Source of the DNA: a virus
Length of the DNA: 64,000 nucleotides
Reading direction: 5' to 3' (one strand)
IMG/VR virus record: IMGVR_UViG_3300036828_000363
Span: 1-64,000 of that record
A program made the position numbers and the translations under genes. The notes under the pieces are model-generated. The model was not told where the DNA came from. It saw only the letters and a program-made list of their open reading frames with translations, and made no database searches. How positions within the stretch are numbered: the first letter of the stretch is position 1; each line of letters opens with the position of its first letter. Below, one piece after another: positions 29,298 through 38,705 of this stretch.

Positions 29298-29746
29298 TTC
29301 AACTATTTGCTATTCGATTGAAGGGGACGGAAGATTATCTACCTGCGCTTCCTGTCAGGCGTAAGCATGGTTATAGTTTCACCGTTCCTATGTCGATGAG
29401 TAAGAACATGCCACGATGGTTCACAGATCGTGAATCTGCGGAGCGTGCTTTGACTTCGTGGTTGCAGGGTGAACACGTGGTTCATAGAAAATTTGGTGTT
29501 AGCTATTTTGGTGATGATGAGTCTGAAGAGTACGCAGTCAAAACCCGGAAACCAGAACGTAAGCGCGAGCTAATGGAGATAGTTGCGTTTGATCTAACTG
29601 AAGTTGAAGAGCGGGAACCTGTACCATGTTTGAATTGTGCTCAAAGGCAGGAAAATCACCGTGACGGGAAATATTGTTTCCCCGAGAATTTTTATTTTAT
29701 GTATACTCCTGTGAACCATGAAATACATTCAAGAGTTGGTCGATGA
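29294..29746 (+). CDS. hypothetical protein
   Basis: operon packing. Confidence 0.45.
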   Translation: MIQLFAIRLKGTEDYLPALPVRRKHGYSFTVPMSMSKNMPRWFTDRESAERALTSWLQGEHVVHRKFGVSYFGDDESEEYAVKTRKPERKRELMEIVAFDLTEVEEREPVPCLNCAQRQENHRDGKYCFPENFYFMYTPVNHEIHSRVGR

Positions 29747-30224
29747 CAAGTCGGAAGCGATCTTTAGGTTTGAAGGGAAGTGGGACTTCCTATCAAATTT
29801 TTATATCGATCCTTTTGATGGCTATTGTGCCGAGATGGACTATCAGTCTCGCAAGGCCATGAACGAAGTTGATCGAGAAAGAATTCTCACTCAATTTGAT
29901 CCGCGTGAGGCCAAGAAGATAGGTAACAAGATACGTTGCAGGCCCGACTGGGAGTCGATAAGGGTTGATGAGATGGAGAAGGTCATCGACAGGAAGTTCT
30001 CTTCATTAGTCATGCAAAAGCTGTTACTGACGACTTTAAATCGGATACTGATTGAGGGTAACTGGTGGCATGATGTCTTCTGGGGAATTTGTACCGGGAG
30101 TGGACGAACCAAAAAATGTCACGGTAAGCACGAACCATTTGGAAATAACCACTTGGGAATTGCTCTGATGAAAAAGCGAACATACTTAGAGCAGATACCC
30201 GATAGAGTTTGGTTGCTCAAATGA
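29718..30224 (+). CDS. NADAR (YbiA-like) family protein
   Basis: FLSNFY, AKKIG....RPDWE, KF, LIEGNWWHDVFWG, GNNHLG..LM. Confidence 0.85.
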   Translation: MKYIQELVDDKSEAIFRFEGKWDFLSNFYIDPFDGYCAEMDYQSRKAMNEVDRERILTQFDPREAKKIGNKIRCRPDWESIRVDEMEKVIDRKFSSLVMQKLLLTTLNRILIEGNWWHDVFWGICTGSGRTKKCHGKHEPFGNNHLGIALMKKRTYLEQIPDRVWLLK

Positions 30225-30419
30225 TGAGGACAGAGAGAGACTGCGTTTACTTATCTTCGGTTATGGCTGAACTGAATGAGACGCAAGCTTTTCTACTCTT
30301 GGGTTTGCTTTTAGGCACGTATACGAAACATCCCGACGCTTTATTTTGGGATGTCATGATCGATTTTTCGAAGAATCATCTTCACGCTAACAGAATAATA
30401 AAACCATAGGAGATTAGTC

Positions 30420-30674
30420 ATGGCAACTTCTTCACTGGAAATTGGTACTGGCTGGCTTCACGCGATGGATAAAACCGGGGATACCAAAGTCATGTGGGAT
30501 CGTAGCAAACCGGATGAGGTCGCAACCGCTCGTGAGATGTATGACAAGCTCAGGAAAAAAGGTTACCGTGGTTATTCGGTGACCGGGAAAGATGGGGAGA
30601 AGGGAACCGTCTTGAATGAGTTTGACCCGAGCGCAGAACGTATCATCATGGCGCTTCCGGTAGTTGGGGGTTAG
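30420..30674 (+). CDS. small protein with C-terminal di-glycine
   Basis: GGAG RBS; ends ALPVVGG. Confidence 0.6.
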   Translation: MATSSLEIGTGWLHAMDKTGDTKVMWDRSKPDEVATAREMYDKLRKKGYRGYSVTGKDGEKGTVLNEFDPSAERIIMALPVVGG

Positions 30675-30676
30675 TC

Positions 30677-31312
30677 ATGACGATGACTATGAATGGCACA
30701 GGCGTGACTAACTGTGACGCTTGGTTTATGTGGAATGACGTGTACGTCAATCAGACGGCTACTACTATTACCACGTATCCGAATAACCTTGTTTGGGCGA
30801 ATTGGTACGCGAATTCCATTGGTACTGGTGATGATCAACTTGCCATGCAGCAAAAAGCGAGGGAGCAAGAAGCGAGTTGGTACGGTACTGGTACTGGCTG
30901 TGTGACTTATTGCTGGAGAGTTTGGAATGCAGACTACCAAGTTAAAACTGAGGTAATTACTCAGGAAGCAATTGAACTTGCTCGCCAACGTGCCGCGGAG
31001 CTAGAGAAGAAGAAAAAAGACGCTTTGGATAATGCTGAAGCTCTGCTTTTCCTTTGTCTCACCGCGACTCAAAAAGCACAGTACAAGGAACACGGCTACT
31101 TTGAAACGGTAGTCAATGATCGTATCTTTCGCATAACCAAAGGTTGGGCAGGAAACGTCCATGAGTACAAGGACGGTAAGAAGATCAAAAGCTATTGTAT
31201 TCATCCGATGGAAGATGTGCCATTGCAGGATAACATGCTCACGCAAAAACTATTGCTTGAGACACAACTAGACGTGTTTTTGAGAACTGCGAACATGACT
31301 ACATACAACTAA
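30677..31312 (+). CDS. hypothetical protein with C-terminal CxHP domain
   Basis: YCIHP...PLQDNML.QKLLL....FLRTAN; related to 33650-34435. Confidence 0.6.
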   Translation: MTMTMNGTGVTNCDAWFMWNDVYVNQTATTITTYPNNLVWANWYANSIGTGDDQLAMQQKAREQEASWYGTGTGCVTYCWRVWNADYQVKTEVITQEAIELARQRAAELEKKKKDALDNAEALLFLCLTATQKAQYKEHGYFETVVNDRIFRITKGWAGNVHEYKDGKKIKSYCIHPMEDVPLQDNMLTQKLLLETQLDVFLRTANMTTYN

Positions 31313-31342
31313 TTTTTGGGGAGAATAGAATAGGAGAGAGCA

Positions 31343-32071
31343 GTGAGCATTAATAATATTGACGTGGAACCGGAGACAGACATGGAGCGGGAAGAGAGAC
31401 TTAGTAGCGCAATTGTTATACATCCTGAGTATAAATTGCGCGATGGTCTGCCACCGTTACCTGTCCGTATTCAGCGACTTCCTATAGACGAACGTGGTTA
31501 CCCGGTGCCATGGTTCGTCTCATGGGTGAATGGGAAGCCAGAGTTTCGGGCGATGGACGGGAGAAAGCTAAAACGAGCGGTTGAAGAGTCCCGGTGCTGG
31601 GTGTGTGGTGATTTACTGGGAAAGTTCAAAACGTTCGTTATAGGGCCAATGTGTGCGATTAATCGCATATCCTCTGAGCCGTCATCTCACTTTGACTGCG
31701 CTGAATTTTCCACCAAAGCTTGCCCGTTTTTGACCAAACCTCAGATGGTTCGCAGAGAGAATGACCTGCCGGAAGGAATTAAAGACCCGGTTGGTGTTGG
31801 CGTAAGACGGAACCCCGGTGTCACCCTGCTGTGGACTACCTATAGCTTTACTATTAAACGGGTAGACGGCGGAGTTCTTTTTGAGATTGGAGAACCTACT
31901 CGTGTTCTCTGTTACCGTGAAGGTCGCCTCGCGACTAAACGTGAGATTGAGGAAAGCATCGTGTCCGGTTTACCACTTCTTGAGGACTACGCGGCTATCG
32001 ATGGTGGTAACGCGATGATAGAACTTAAATCGAAGACCAAAGACGCGTATAAACTTTTAGGGTTGACCTGA
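31343..32071 (+). CDS. Cys-containing hypothetical phage protein
   Basis: RGYPVPWFV, CWVCG, H.DCA.F...ACPFL. Confidence 0.6.
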   Translation: MSINNIDVEPETDMEREERLSSAIVIHPEYKLRDGLPPLPVRIQRLPIDERGYPVPWFVSWVNGKPEFRAMDGRKLKRAVEESRCWVCGDLLGKFKTFVIGPMCAINRISSEPSSHFDCAEFSTKACPFLTKPQMVRRENDLPEGIKDPVGVGVRRNPGVTLLWTTYSFTIKRVDGGVLFEIGEPTRVLCYREGRLATKREIEESIVSGLPLLEDYAAIDGGNAMIELKSKTKDAYKLLGLT

Positions 32072-32505
32072 TGAAACCTGTGCGCACTACCATAACCAGA
32101 CTACACGATATATCGTGTGGCCATCGGGTATTTGGTCATGAGGGTGCCTGCTCTCGCCTTCATGGACATAACTATCGTGTGAAGATGGTGTGCGCGTCAT
32201 TGAATAACAAGTTAGACGATGTTGGCCGAGTGATTGATTTTTCCGAAATTAAAGATCGTCTTTGTAAGTGGTTGGATGACTGTTGGGATCATCGCTTTTT
32301 GGTATGGTGCGATGACCCGCTTGCTTTGAAGCTTCAGTCTCTTGATCACACGGTAGTTGTCGTTCCGTTTAACCCTACAGCAGAGAATTTGGCAATGCAT
32401 CTTGTAAAGGTGGTCGCACCAGAAAGATTTGTCGGAACAGGAGTCGAGCTAGTCGCGTGTGAAGTTCAAGAGACGCGTAAGTGTTCGGCGTGGTACACGA
32501 TATGA
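32071..32505 (+). CDS. queD: 6-carboxy-5,6,7,8-tetrahydropterin synthase
   Basis: GHR....G.CSRLHGHNY, VIDF..IK, WDH, NPTAENLA, ET. Confidence 0.9.
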   Translation: MKPVRTTITRLHDISCGHRVFGHEGACSRLHGHNYRVKMVCASLNNKLDDVGRVIDFSEIKDRLCKWLDDCWDHRFLVWCDDPLALKLQSLDHTVVVVPFNPTAENLAMHLVKVVAPERFVGTGVELVACEVQETRKCSAWYTI

Positions 32506-32690
32506 TGGACGAAAAAACTTTTAGGAAAATTCAGACTCAGCTCGAAGTAGTTGAGGAAGAACTTGACCGTCTCACCGAATGGGAGCGGGAAGAATTCATC
32601 CCCAGTATTTCAGATCAGTTCACCCGGAACGGTACGTTGACGGTGCCTCAGCAGGATAAGCTGCAACAGATATATGACAAGGTTGCTTGA
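32481..32690 (+). CDS. hypothetical protein
   Basis: LTEWEREEFI.SI......TLT..Q...L. Confidence 0.5.
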   Translation: MFGVVHDMMDEKTFRKIQTQLEVVEEELDRLTEWEREEFIPSISDQFTRNGTLTVPQQDKLQQIYDKVA

Positions 32691-32717
32691 TGGATTATCC
32701 TCAATATTGCCCGACTT

Positions 32718-33092
32718 GTGGCGGTGAGCATAACAATCCAAAGTTCATGCCGGACTATGGTGCAATGGGGCAGGGATTCGGGGAAGTTCACGGTTCAACT
32801 TGTACAGACAAATTTCACGATAGGCGCGACAATGACTAAAGCAGAAGCGGAACGCCTTGTTCTTCTAGTTGAAGAAATGGGTGAGTCGATACAAGCTGCA
32901 AGTAAAATCCTGCGCCACGGGTATGAATCTAGTGGTTACGATAACCGTGGTGAGCTTGAAAAGGAACTTGGGCATGTACTTTTTTCAATCGGCCTATTGG
33001 ATTTGAGCAATGACATTAATCTCGATAGGATAGTTAAGCATAAGAACGAAAAGGCAGATACTATCGCGCCTTATTTGCATCATCAAGGTTGA
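32718..33092 (+). CDS. MazG-like NTP pyrophosphohydrolase (probable start about 32832)
   Basis: LVEEMGE.IQA.SK.LRHG...LEKELGHV. Confidence 0.6.
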   Translation: MAVSITIQSSCRTMVQWGRDSGKFTVQLVQTNFTIGATMTKAEAERLVLLVEEMGESIQAASKILRHGYESSGYDNRGELEKELGHVLFSIGLLDLSNDINLDRIVKHKNEKADTIAPYLHHQG

Positions 33093-33150
33093 GTCATGAA
33101 ATTCGTGGAGTTCATGGATTTAATAGGGTTGTTCTTCCCGAGGAAACGCA

Positions 33151-33453
33151 ATGATATACGCGATGGAAGTGCTCAATAATTTTGACGGTGATAAAAGCAT
33201 TCAACTCGATCCGGACACCGACGAAGGTAAACAGAAAATCGCGGAGTTATTTCATAGCCTGCTTCTACAGGGTACGGCTGTATTCTTTGAGCGTGGTAAC
33301 GAAACGTACAAGGTCAAGGGATATGACCCGAAGGAATACAAGTTGCGTATCGAAGTTCCCGCGAAGCGCGGACGGAAGAGAAAAGTTGTAGCGGTTCATC
33401 CTCAACAACAAAGAGACAGAGTTACCGCAGTTGCTCCGCGCTCAGGTGGATAG
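33151..33453 (+). CDS. small protein with C-terminal di-glycine
   Basis: ends AVAPRSGG; GD...D...YDP pattern like 30420-30674. Confidence 0.55.
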   Translation: MIYAMEVLNNFDGDKSIQLDPDTDEGKQKIAELFHSLLLQGTAVFFERGNETYKVKGYDPKEYKLRIEVPAKRGRKRKVVAVHPQQQRDRVTAVAPRSGG

Positions 33454-33464
33454 GAAGGTCAATT

Positions 33465-33647
33465 ATGGATGTAGATACATCTAACGCTCAGTTAGTGGGT
33501 GTGAATGCCGGGGACATTGTCATTCTAGTACCAAAGCGAAGAATGACGAAGGATGAAGCTATAGCTCACGCAGCTTGGTTGATCGCCTTAGCTGATCCAC
33601 ATAAAGAAAAGTTTGATGACGTTCTTCAAGCGATATTGAATTCGTAG
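33465..33647 (+). CDS. hypothetical protein
   Basis: 60-aa ORF with RBS. Confidence 0.5.
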   Translation: MDVDTSNAQLVGVNAGDIVILVPKRRMTKDEAIAHAAWLIALADPHKEKFDDVLQAILNS

Positions 33648-33649
33648 TT

Positions 33650-34435
33650 ATGACAAACGGACATCCAATTCATGAACCGATACCACCTCACAAAGAGATA
33701 ACCCATGAGCAACTATGTCGGGGATTATCCAGATGGGCGGAATCTCAGGGATGGCCTTTCGGTTGTCCGATACCATCCATTGGCGCAGTTAAATGTCGTC
33801 TAGTCATAGCTAAACGTGCTCCGTTCGGTGACCGTGAAGTTCCTATTCTTTCCATGCCAGAACTACTTGGTGAGATTCCTATCCGGGAGATAAAAGAAGA
33901 AGCAGACAGGAAAGCTAATCCGAATTTGAAATTAATAAATTCGTGGTATCAAACCAATGGTATACTTGTCGGGATCATTCAAGATGACGATGGAAAAAGG
34001 TTCGCCTGTCAACTAAGTCATCCTATTTTGGAGCGACTACCTAGATTAATTGAAACCGCAGCTTGTAGGTATGGTGCGGTAACAGCCCGAGCAGAAGCAA
34101 GAGCAATGATGAATCTAGCTGATCGTTTGTCCGAAGTACAAGCAGACAGTTACGTTCTCAATGGTTCTTTTGTTGAAACTAGCAAAAGAAGTAAAGTCAA
34201 ATACATTTTTCGTAAAGGTTATCCTACTATTGCGATGGTGCAAAAGGGTGAGCTTATGCAGTTTCTAGCCGCGCTTTGTATGCACCCTTTAGCTTACTAC
34301 GAAAACACTCATTGTGGCGCGATGACACCGTCAGATGACGTACTCGCTCACTTGTTGTTCATGAGAGCGGACGAACATGGATTTTGGAAAAACAGTAACC
34401 AGCATCCACTTTGGGATACCCGGAGCGGGATATAA
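33650..34435 (+). CDS. hypothetical protein with C-terminal CxHP domain
   Basis: LCMHP...PSDDVLAHLL...DE..FWK.SN. Confidence 0.6.
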   Translation: MTNGHPIHEPIPPHKEITHEQLCRGLSRWAESQGWPFGCPIPSIGAVKCRLVIAKRAPFGDREVPILSMPELLGEIPIREIKEEADRKANPNLKLINSWYQTNGILVGIIQDDDGKRFACQLSHPILERLPRLIETAACRYGAVTARAEARAMMNLADRLSEVQADSYVLNGSFVETSKRSKVKYIFRKGYPTIAMVQKGELMQFLAALCMHPLAYYENTHCGAMTPSDDVLAHLLFMRADEHGFWKNSNQHPLWDTRSGI

Positions 34436-35151
34436 GAGGGAACATGGACATCTACCCGGTAGCTGAGTGCTTCGATAGTCTGCAAGGTGAAGGTGTTTAC
34501 GCCGGACAAAGGCAATTCTTCATCAGGTTGGCGGGTTGTTCGGTTGGGAAACCGTTTCCGAAAGAACGGTACAGTGTAAATAGCGAAGGTTCTAAAGCAC
34601 TCCCGATATACACGGAGCAGTGTACAACTTGGGATGGTAGAAAATTCGAGTGCGATACTGACTATCGCGTGAAGCAACATTTGAGTGTGGAAGAGTTGGT
34701 TGCACTGGTGCCTGAGGATTGTTACAACGTTTGTCTGACTGGTGGGGAACCGTTCATTCACGATTTGGTTCCGTTGGTCTACGCGCTTTGGATGAAGCAA
34801 ATAAAAACCCACATTGAAACATCGGGAACCCGTCATCTGAATGATGCATTTCCCAGTAGTAACAATGACCACGTTGAAAGAGACGTGTGGATTACCGTTA
34901 GTCCTAAGCTAAACGTTCTCGATGGAATGTTGAGACGAGCGGATGAAATCAAGTTGCTGGTGGACGTGAACTTCCCAGTGAAGAATGATCTTCTGAAAAA
35001 ACTTGCTAACAAGAAGAATGTATTCTTGCAGCCGATAAACCATGAGAACACCGTGGACTCGCGCAACCTGAAAGTTTGCCACGAGCTTTTGAAAAATTAT
35101 CCTGACTGGAAACTATCCATTCAGTTGCACAAGGTGATGGGAATTCGATGA
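34411..35151 (+). CDS. queE: 7-carboxy-7-deazaguanine synthase, radical SAM (probable start 34444)
   Basis: E.FDSLQGEG, FIRLAGC, CDTDY, LTGGEP, IETSG, ITVSPK, FLQP, LSIQLHK. Confidence 0.9.
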   Translation: MGYPERDIRGNMDIYPVAECFDSLQGEGVYAGQRQFFIRLAGCSVGKPFPKERYSVNSEGSKALPIYTEQCTTWDGRKFECDTDYRVKQHLSVEELVALVPEDCYNVCLTGGEPFIHDLVPLVYALWMKQIKTHIETSGTRHLNDAFPSSNNDHVERDVWITVSPKLNVLDGMLRRADEIKLLVDVNFPVKNDLLKKLANKKNVFLQPINHENTVDSRNLKVCHELLKNYPDWKLSIQLHKVMGIR

Positions 35152-35261
35152 CTAATTAAGCGGTAGAAAGGTTTGGGTGCCTTATCATAAGCGTTGGAGC
35201 TTTAGAGGAAGGTGTACTGACTCTACTGGTTCATTCCAAAGAAAATGCCTCTCTAATAGCG

Positions 35262-36566
35262 ATGAAAGTAGAGCCCGCTCTATTTACTAACCGTGTAAAC
35301 CAACTCATAGCGAAAACAGCGTTAGCCTACCTAAAAGAATACCGTGAGCCACCCGGTAATCAAATGGAGTATCTTCTCGAAATGGAGTTGATACGAGGCG
35401 ACGATGGTAAACTTCTCCGTCAAACTTTAGAGATACTAGACAAGCAAAAAGATCAAATTCAACCCGCATTCATACTTAATCAGCTTACCCGTTTTGTCGA
35501 AATCCAGTCACTCTCATCTTCCCTGCAAAGTGCAATAGAATCGTTAGGCAGGGGAGAACTAGAAGACGCAAGAAAAGCAATCTATAGCTCGGCAGTTCCA
35601 GAAGTTGAATCATCCGGTATATGGCTACATGACCCGAAGAAAATGCTTTCGTGGTTGGATGATGAACAAGAAGAGTTTTTCTCATCCGGGATTGGAGTAC
35701 TTGATAGAGCGAAGGTGACACCAGCCCGGAAGACTTTAGTCTTCATGATCGCCGCGGCGAAGAAGGGAAAAACTTGGTGGCTGGTTCAGGTTGGAAAAAG
35801 CAATTTATTGTATCGGCACACCGTCCTGCATATCACTCTTGAAGTCAGTGAAAAAGTAGTTGCTAGACGGTATGTTCAATCGATGTTTTCGCTCACAAAG
35901 AGTCAGGCGCGAGAAATCAAGGTTCCGTATTTCCAGAAGACAGAAACCGGAACCGCGATAGACTTTCAGACCTTCCAACGGGAAGGTGTTCCCAGTAGAC
36001 GCAAAGAGGTCTCAGAACGTCTCGCGTCGATGAAAGGTCGTTACCCCCGTCTACTCATCAAGGAATTCCCTACAGGGGCGTTAACGACTGAGCAATTGGA
36101 TATGTACCTTGATCAGTTGGACAAGACAGAAAACTTCAGGCCAGACGTAATAATTCTTGATTATCCGGACTTGATGAAAATTGATTCTGCTCAAATGAGA
36201 ATCGATACCGGGAGACAGTTTCGTGATCTTCGCGGAATAGCAGTGAAGAGAAATTCTGCAATGGTCGCGGTCACTCAGGGAAACCGGGAAGCGGATACAG
36301 CGAAGGTAGTCGATAAGAGGAACGTTGCTGAAGACTGGAGCAAGATTGGTACGGCTGACGCGGTCTACACGTATAGTCAGACGGAAGCGGAAAAAGCATT
36401 AGGACTCGCCCGGTTCTTTGTCGCAGCAGGCCGAGATGAGGTGGACAGGTTCATGGTGCTTATATCCCAGTCTTACGACATAGGACAATTTTGCATCGAT
36501 TCAATTATGATGTCCGCTGACATTCGTCAGCAGTTGGAAGGTGGAGCACCCAAAGAAGTTGAGTGA
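35262..36566 (+). CDS. DnaB-like replicative helicase
   Basis: AAAKKGKT, HITLE, IKEFPT, IILDYPDLM, TQGNR, AED..K...AD. Confidence 0.8.
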   Translation: MKVEPALFTNRVNQLIAKTALAYLKEYREPPGNQMEYLLEMELIRGDDGKLLRQTLEILDKQKDQIQPAFILNQLTRFVEIQSLSSSLQSAIESLGRGELEDARKAIYSSAVPEVESSGIWLHDPKKMLSWLDDEQEEFFSSGIGVLDRAKVTPARKTLVFMIAAAKKGKTWWLVQVGKSNLLYRHTVLHITLEVSEKVVARRYVQSMFSLTKSQAREIKVPYFQKTETGTAIDFQTFQREGVPSRRKEVSERLASMKGRYPRLLIKEFPTGALTTEQLDMYLDQLDKTENFRPDVIILDYPDLMKIDSAQMRIDTGRQFRDLRGIAVKRNSAMVAVTQGNREADTAKVVDKRNVAEDWSKIGTADAVYTYSQTEAEKALGLARFFVAAGRDEVDRFMVLISQSYDIGQFCIDSIMMSADIRQQLEGGAPKEVE

Positions 36567-36772
36567 CGTTTGCCGGCGTCACGTTTGTCAGCGTCAGCGA
36601 TCGCTCGTTCCAATCCGTTAGCTACGTTGTGATATGTCGCGCAGCGGACGGAATGAGTGATACCTGTTTTGTAGACTTCATACCAGTTGGGTGCTCTTTG
36701 CAGCACCCAGTGTGTGGCATTTTCGTAAGCGATTTGGGATTCGTTATACATTAATTTCTCCGTGGTGACCAC
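36527..36772 (-). CDS. hypothetical protein
   Basis: follows 36776-37633 on the minus strand. Confidence 0.5.
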   Translation of the reverse strand: MVTTEKLMYNESQIAYENATHWVLQRAPNWYEVYKTGITHSVRCATYHNVANGLERAIADADKRDAGKRHSTSLGAPPSNC

Positions 36773-36775
36773 CCT

Positions 36776-37633
36776 TTACAGGGTGACCACCTTTGAGGGC
36801 CGTTTGAAGAATCCGAATTTCGAATCGTCTTTTGAAGGTTCCACGGTTGCCATGAAGGAAAGTCTTGCACCTTTGTCAACGTTTGAACCCGAAGGGCGAG
36901 TTCCCCAGACTTTGAAACCGGAGTCATCTACCACGAGCATCTTAGTACAAGGCCCGTAGAACCCGTCCTGAACCTTCACAGTGAGCACCGTTCCGGTGAT
37001 GGTCACCTTACCAGTCGGAACCGGGGCCGCGGCGTCAGTTGCGGCTTTCTGAGCGGCTTCACGTTCTGCCCGAGTGTCGATTTTTTCCAGAAGCACTTTC
37101 AGGAAGTTTGTGGCCTTAGGTGAGATTGAACCGTATTTCACCAGTTTGCCGACGATATCCGCGATGGTTCTTTCCTCATACTGGTATCCACCACGGTCAC
37201 TGGCGTTGTAGATGTCGTAGCAACTGAGCAACCCGGATTCCTCAAGAGTCGCCTGCGCTTTTTTCTTGCCAGTCATGAATTCGATACCGTTGCGAACCCC
37301 AGTCCGGAAAAGATTCATGTTCCCGATGGACAAGTCCATTTTCTCCGCACAGTCGGAACCCGTCACGATATAGGTGTTTGTTTTCTCGTGGTAGAATTTG
37401 CAGGTATAGGTGACGTTGACACAACCACAAACGTGACAGACTCCACCGTGTTCATGCTGACTGTATTTTCCACCCGTCATTTTCATATGTTCTTGAAACC
37501 GGGCACGTTCAGATGACACCGTCATAATCGCGCCTAGGTCACTTGAACCCAGATAATCGAATGACACAAACGTGTAATCTTCAGGAGTGATCGCTGATGG
37601 GCGGTGGATATCGGTTCTAAGTAAGTTCGTCAT
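36776..37633 (-). CDS. hypothetical protein, Zn-binding N-terminus and probable C-terminal OB fold
   Basis: CHVCG...GSDC; VTITGTVL...KVWG...F.ATV...FKRP; leaderless promoter. Confidence 0.65.
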   Translation of the reverse strand: MTNLLRTDIHRPSAITPEDYTFVSFDYLGSSDLGAIMTVSSERARFQEHMKMTGGKYSQHEHGGVCHVCGCVNVTYTCKFYHEKTNTYIVTGSDCAEKMDLSIGNMNLFRTGVRNGIEFMTGKKKAQATLEESGLLSCYDIYNASDRGGYQYEERTIADIVGKLVKYGSISPKATNFLKVLLEKIDTRAEREAAQKAATDAAAPVPTGKVTITGTVLTVKVQDGFYGPCTKMLVVDDSGFKVWGTRPSGSNVDKGARLSFMATVEPSKDDSKFGFFKRPSKVVTL

Positions 37634-37639
37634 GAGTTA

Positions 37640-37668
37640 ATAATATCAATAGTGCTCATTCAAGTCAA
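37640..37668 (-). promoter_or_regulatory. sigma70-like promoter, leaderless
   Basis: TTGACT-N17-TATTAT, 6 nt before ATG. Confidence 0.75.
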
Positions 37669-37680
37669 GGAAATTATATA

Positions 37681-37740
37681 AAAAAAGGAGCGGAAACCCC
37701 GGATGGTTCCGCTCCTGCCCGGTTTCCCGAGTCTTTAAAC
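37681..37740 (-). terminator. terminator with upstream repeated hairpin (copy 1)
   Basis: GGAGCGGAA/TTCCGCTCC stem with T-run on minus strand; shares CGGTTTCCCGAGTCTTTAAA with 38941-39000. Confidence 0.7.
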
Positions 37741-37741
37741 T

Positions 37742-38179
37742 TTACGCGCTCTTTTCCAGTTGAGCAATCCGCGCCTTCAGTTCGTCATATGTGGGCGTCC
37801 GATTGGTATGGACGAACCCTTTGTCCCATTTCCCGATGTGCATGTGGGCGTAGAAACCAACGTGGAAGTGATCAGTCTGGATATCGCTCTTGTCAAAGTT
37901 CCCGGTATTCAGGGCGTCTTTGATCTTCAGCAGCGTTTTCAGAACTTCGCCCTGATACTGATTTTCGAGGTAATACTCGTTGAGCTGGATGTAATTGCGG
38001 TCACCCTTCCATTGTTCCGCTTGCGCGTGAAGTCCGATGAGGTCAACCGGGGCCGACATGATGGCGATGGTGATTGAAGAGTGATGTTGCACCGTCAGAG
38101 AGTACTTCCAATCTTTCGGAACAACCTTGTCCAGTTCCGCCTTGATGATCGCCTTTTTTTCTTGATTCATGAATGCCAT
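37742..38179 (-). CDS. hypothetical phage early protein
   Basis: GGGGG RBS, own promoter; NFDKSDIQTDHFHVGFY. Confidence 0.65.
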   Translation of the reverse strand: MAFMNQEKKAIIKAELDKVVPKDWKYSLTVQHHSSITIAIMSAPVDLIGLHAQAEQWKGDRNYIQLNEYYLENQYQGEVLKTLLKIKDALNTGNFDKSDIQTDHFHVGFYAHMHIGKWDKGFVHTNRTPTYDELKARIAQLEKSA

Positions 38180-38202
38180 TTTGTGTTCCCCCTATGTCAC
38201 TT

Positions 38203-38230
38203 ATTATATATAACCCGGTGCCGATGTCAA
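38203..38230 (-). promoter_or_regulatory. sigma70-like promoter
   Basis: TTGACA-N16-TATAAT. Confidence 0.75.
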
Positions 38231-38236
38231 GAGTTA

Positions 38237-38485
38237 TTAGGCGGCTTTTAAAACTCCGCCTTTGGATATGATAACCGCCTTGATGGATTCCAGTTCGGCC
38301 AGCAGTTCTGGGGTTTCACCGTGGTCGGACATTTCGTTTTCTATTCCGCACATGTCGTAACACTCGGCACAAAGACCAACGTTTTCGTTGTCGCCACGTC
38401 CGGTGGAGCGCGTCATGCGTTTGCAAACGCCACAGGGATAACAACCGCTTCTCTTTTCAAAACCGCTTCTTTTTGTCGTCTTCAT
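38237..38485 (-). CDS. small Cys-rich hypothetical protein
   Basis: CGVC...LCAEC; leaderless promoter. Confidence 0.6.
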   Translation of the reverse strand: MKTTKRSGFEKRSGCYPCGVCKRMTRSTGRGDNENVGLCAECYDMCGIENEMSDHGETPELLAELESIKAVIISKGGVLKAA

Positions 38486-38492
38486 GTTAATA

Positions 38493-38520
38493 AGTATATA
38501 TAATCTGGAGACAATGTCAA
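38493..38520 (-). promoter_or_regulatory. sigma70-like promoter, leaderless
   Basis: TTGACA-N16-TATACT, 7 nt before ATG. Confidence 0.7.
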
Positions 38521-38534
38521 GAGTTATTTGAGCA

Positions 38535-38705
38535 CTATTTAGCGGGATACCAGAACAAGTCGAACCAGTCGGTCACATCGTCCCAAGCGAACCCGGAGAA
38601 GTCTTTACCGGACAGGAGCGCTTGTTCTTTCCACTGTTGCATGTCCAGTGTATGCAGTTTGACGAAGTTAGCGATTTTGAAGTTCGATGGTGGTGGGTTT
38701 TCCAT
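38535..38705 (-). CDS. 56-aa hypothetical protein (below ORF-track cutoff)
   Basis: MENPPPSNFK...WYPAK; TAATG coupling to the upstream ORF. Confidence 0.45.
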   Translation of the reverse strand: MENPPPSNFKIANFVKLHTLDMQQWKEQALLSGKDFSGFAWDDVTDWFDLFWYPAK

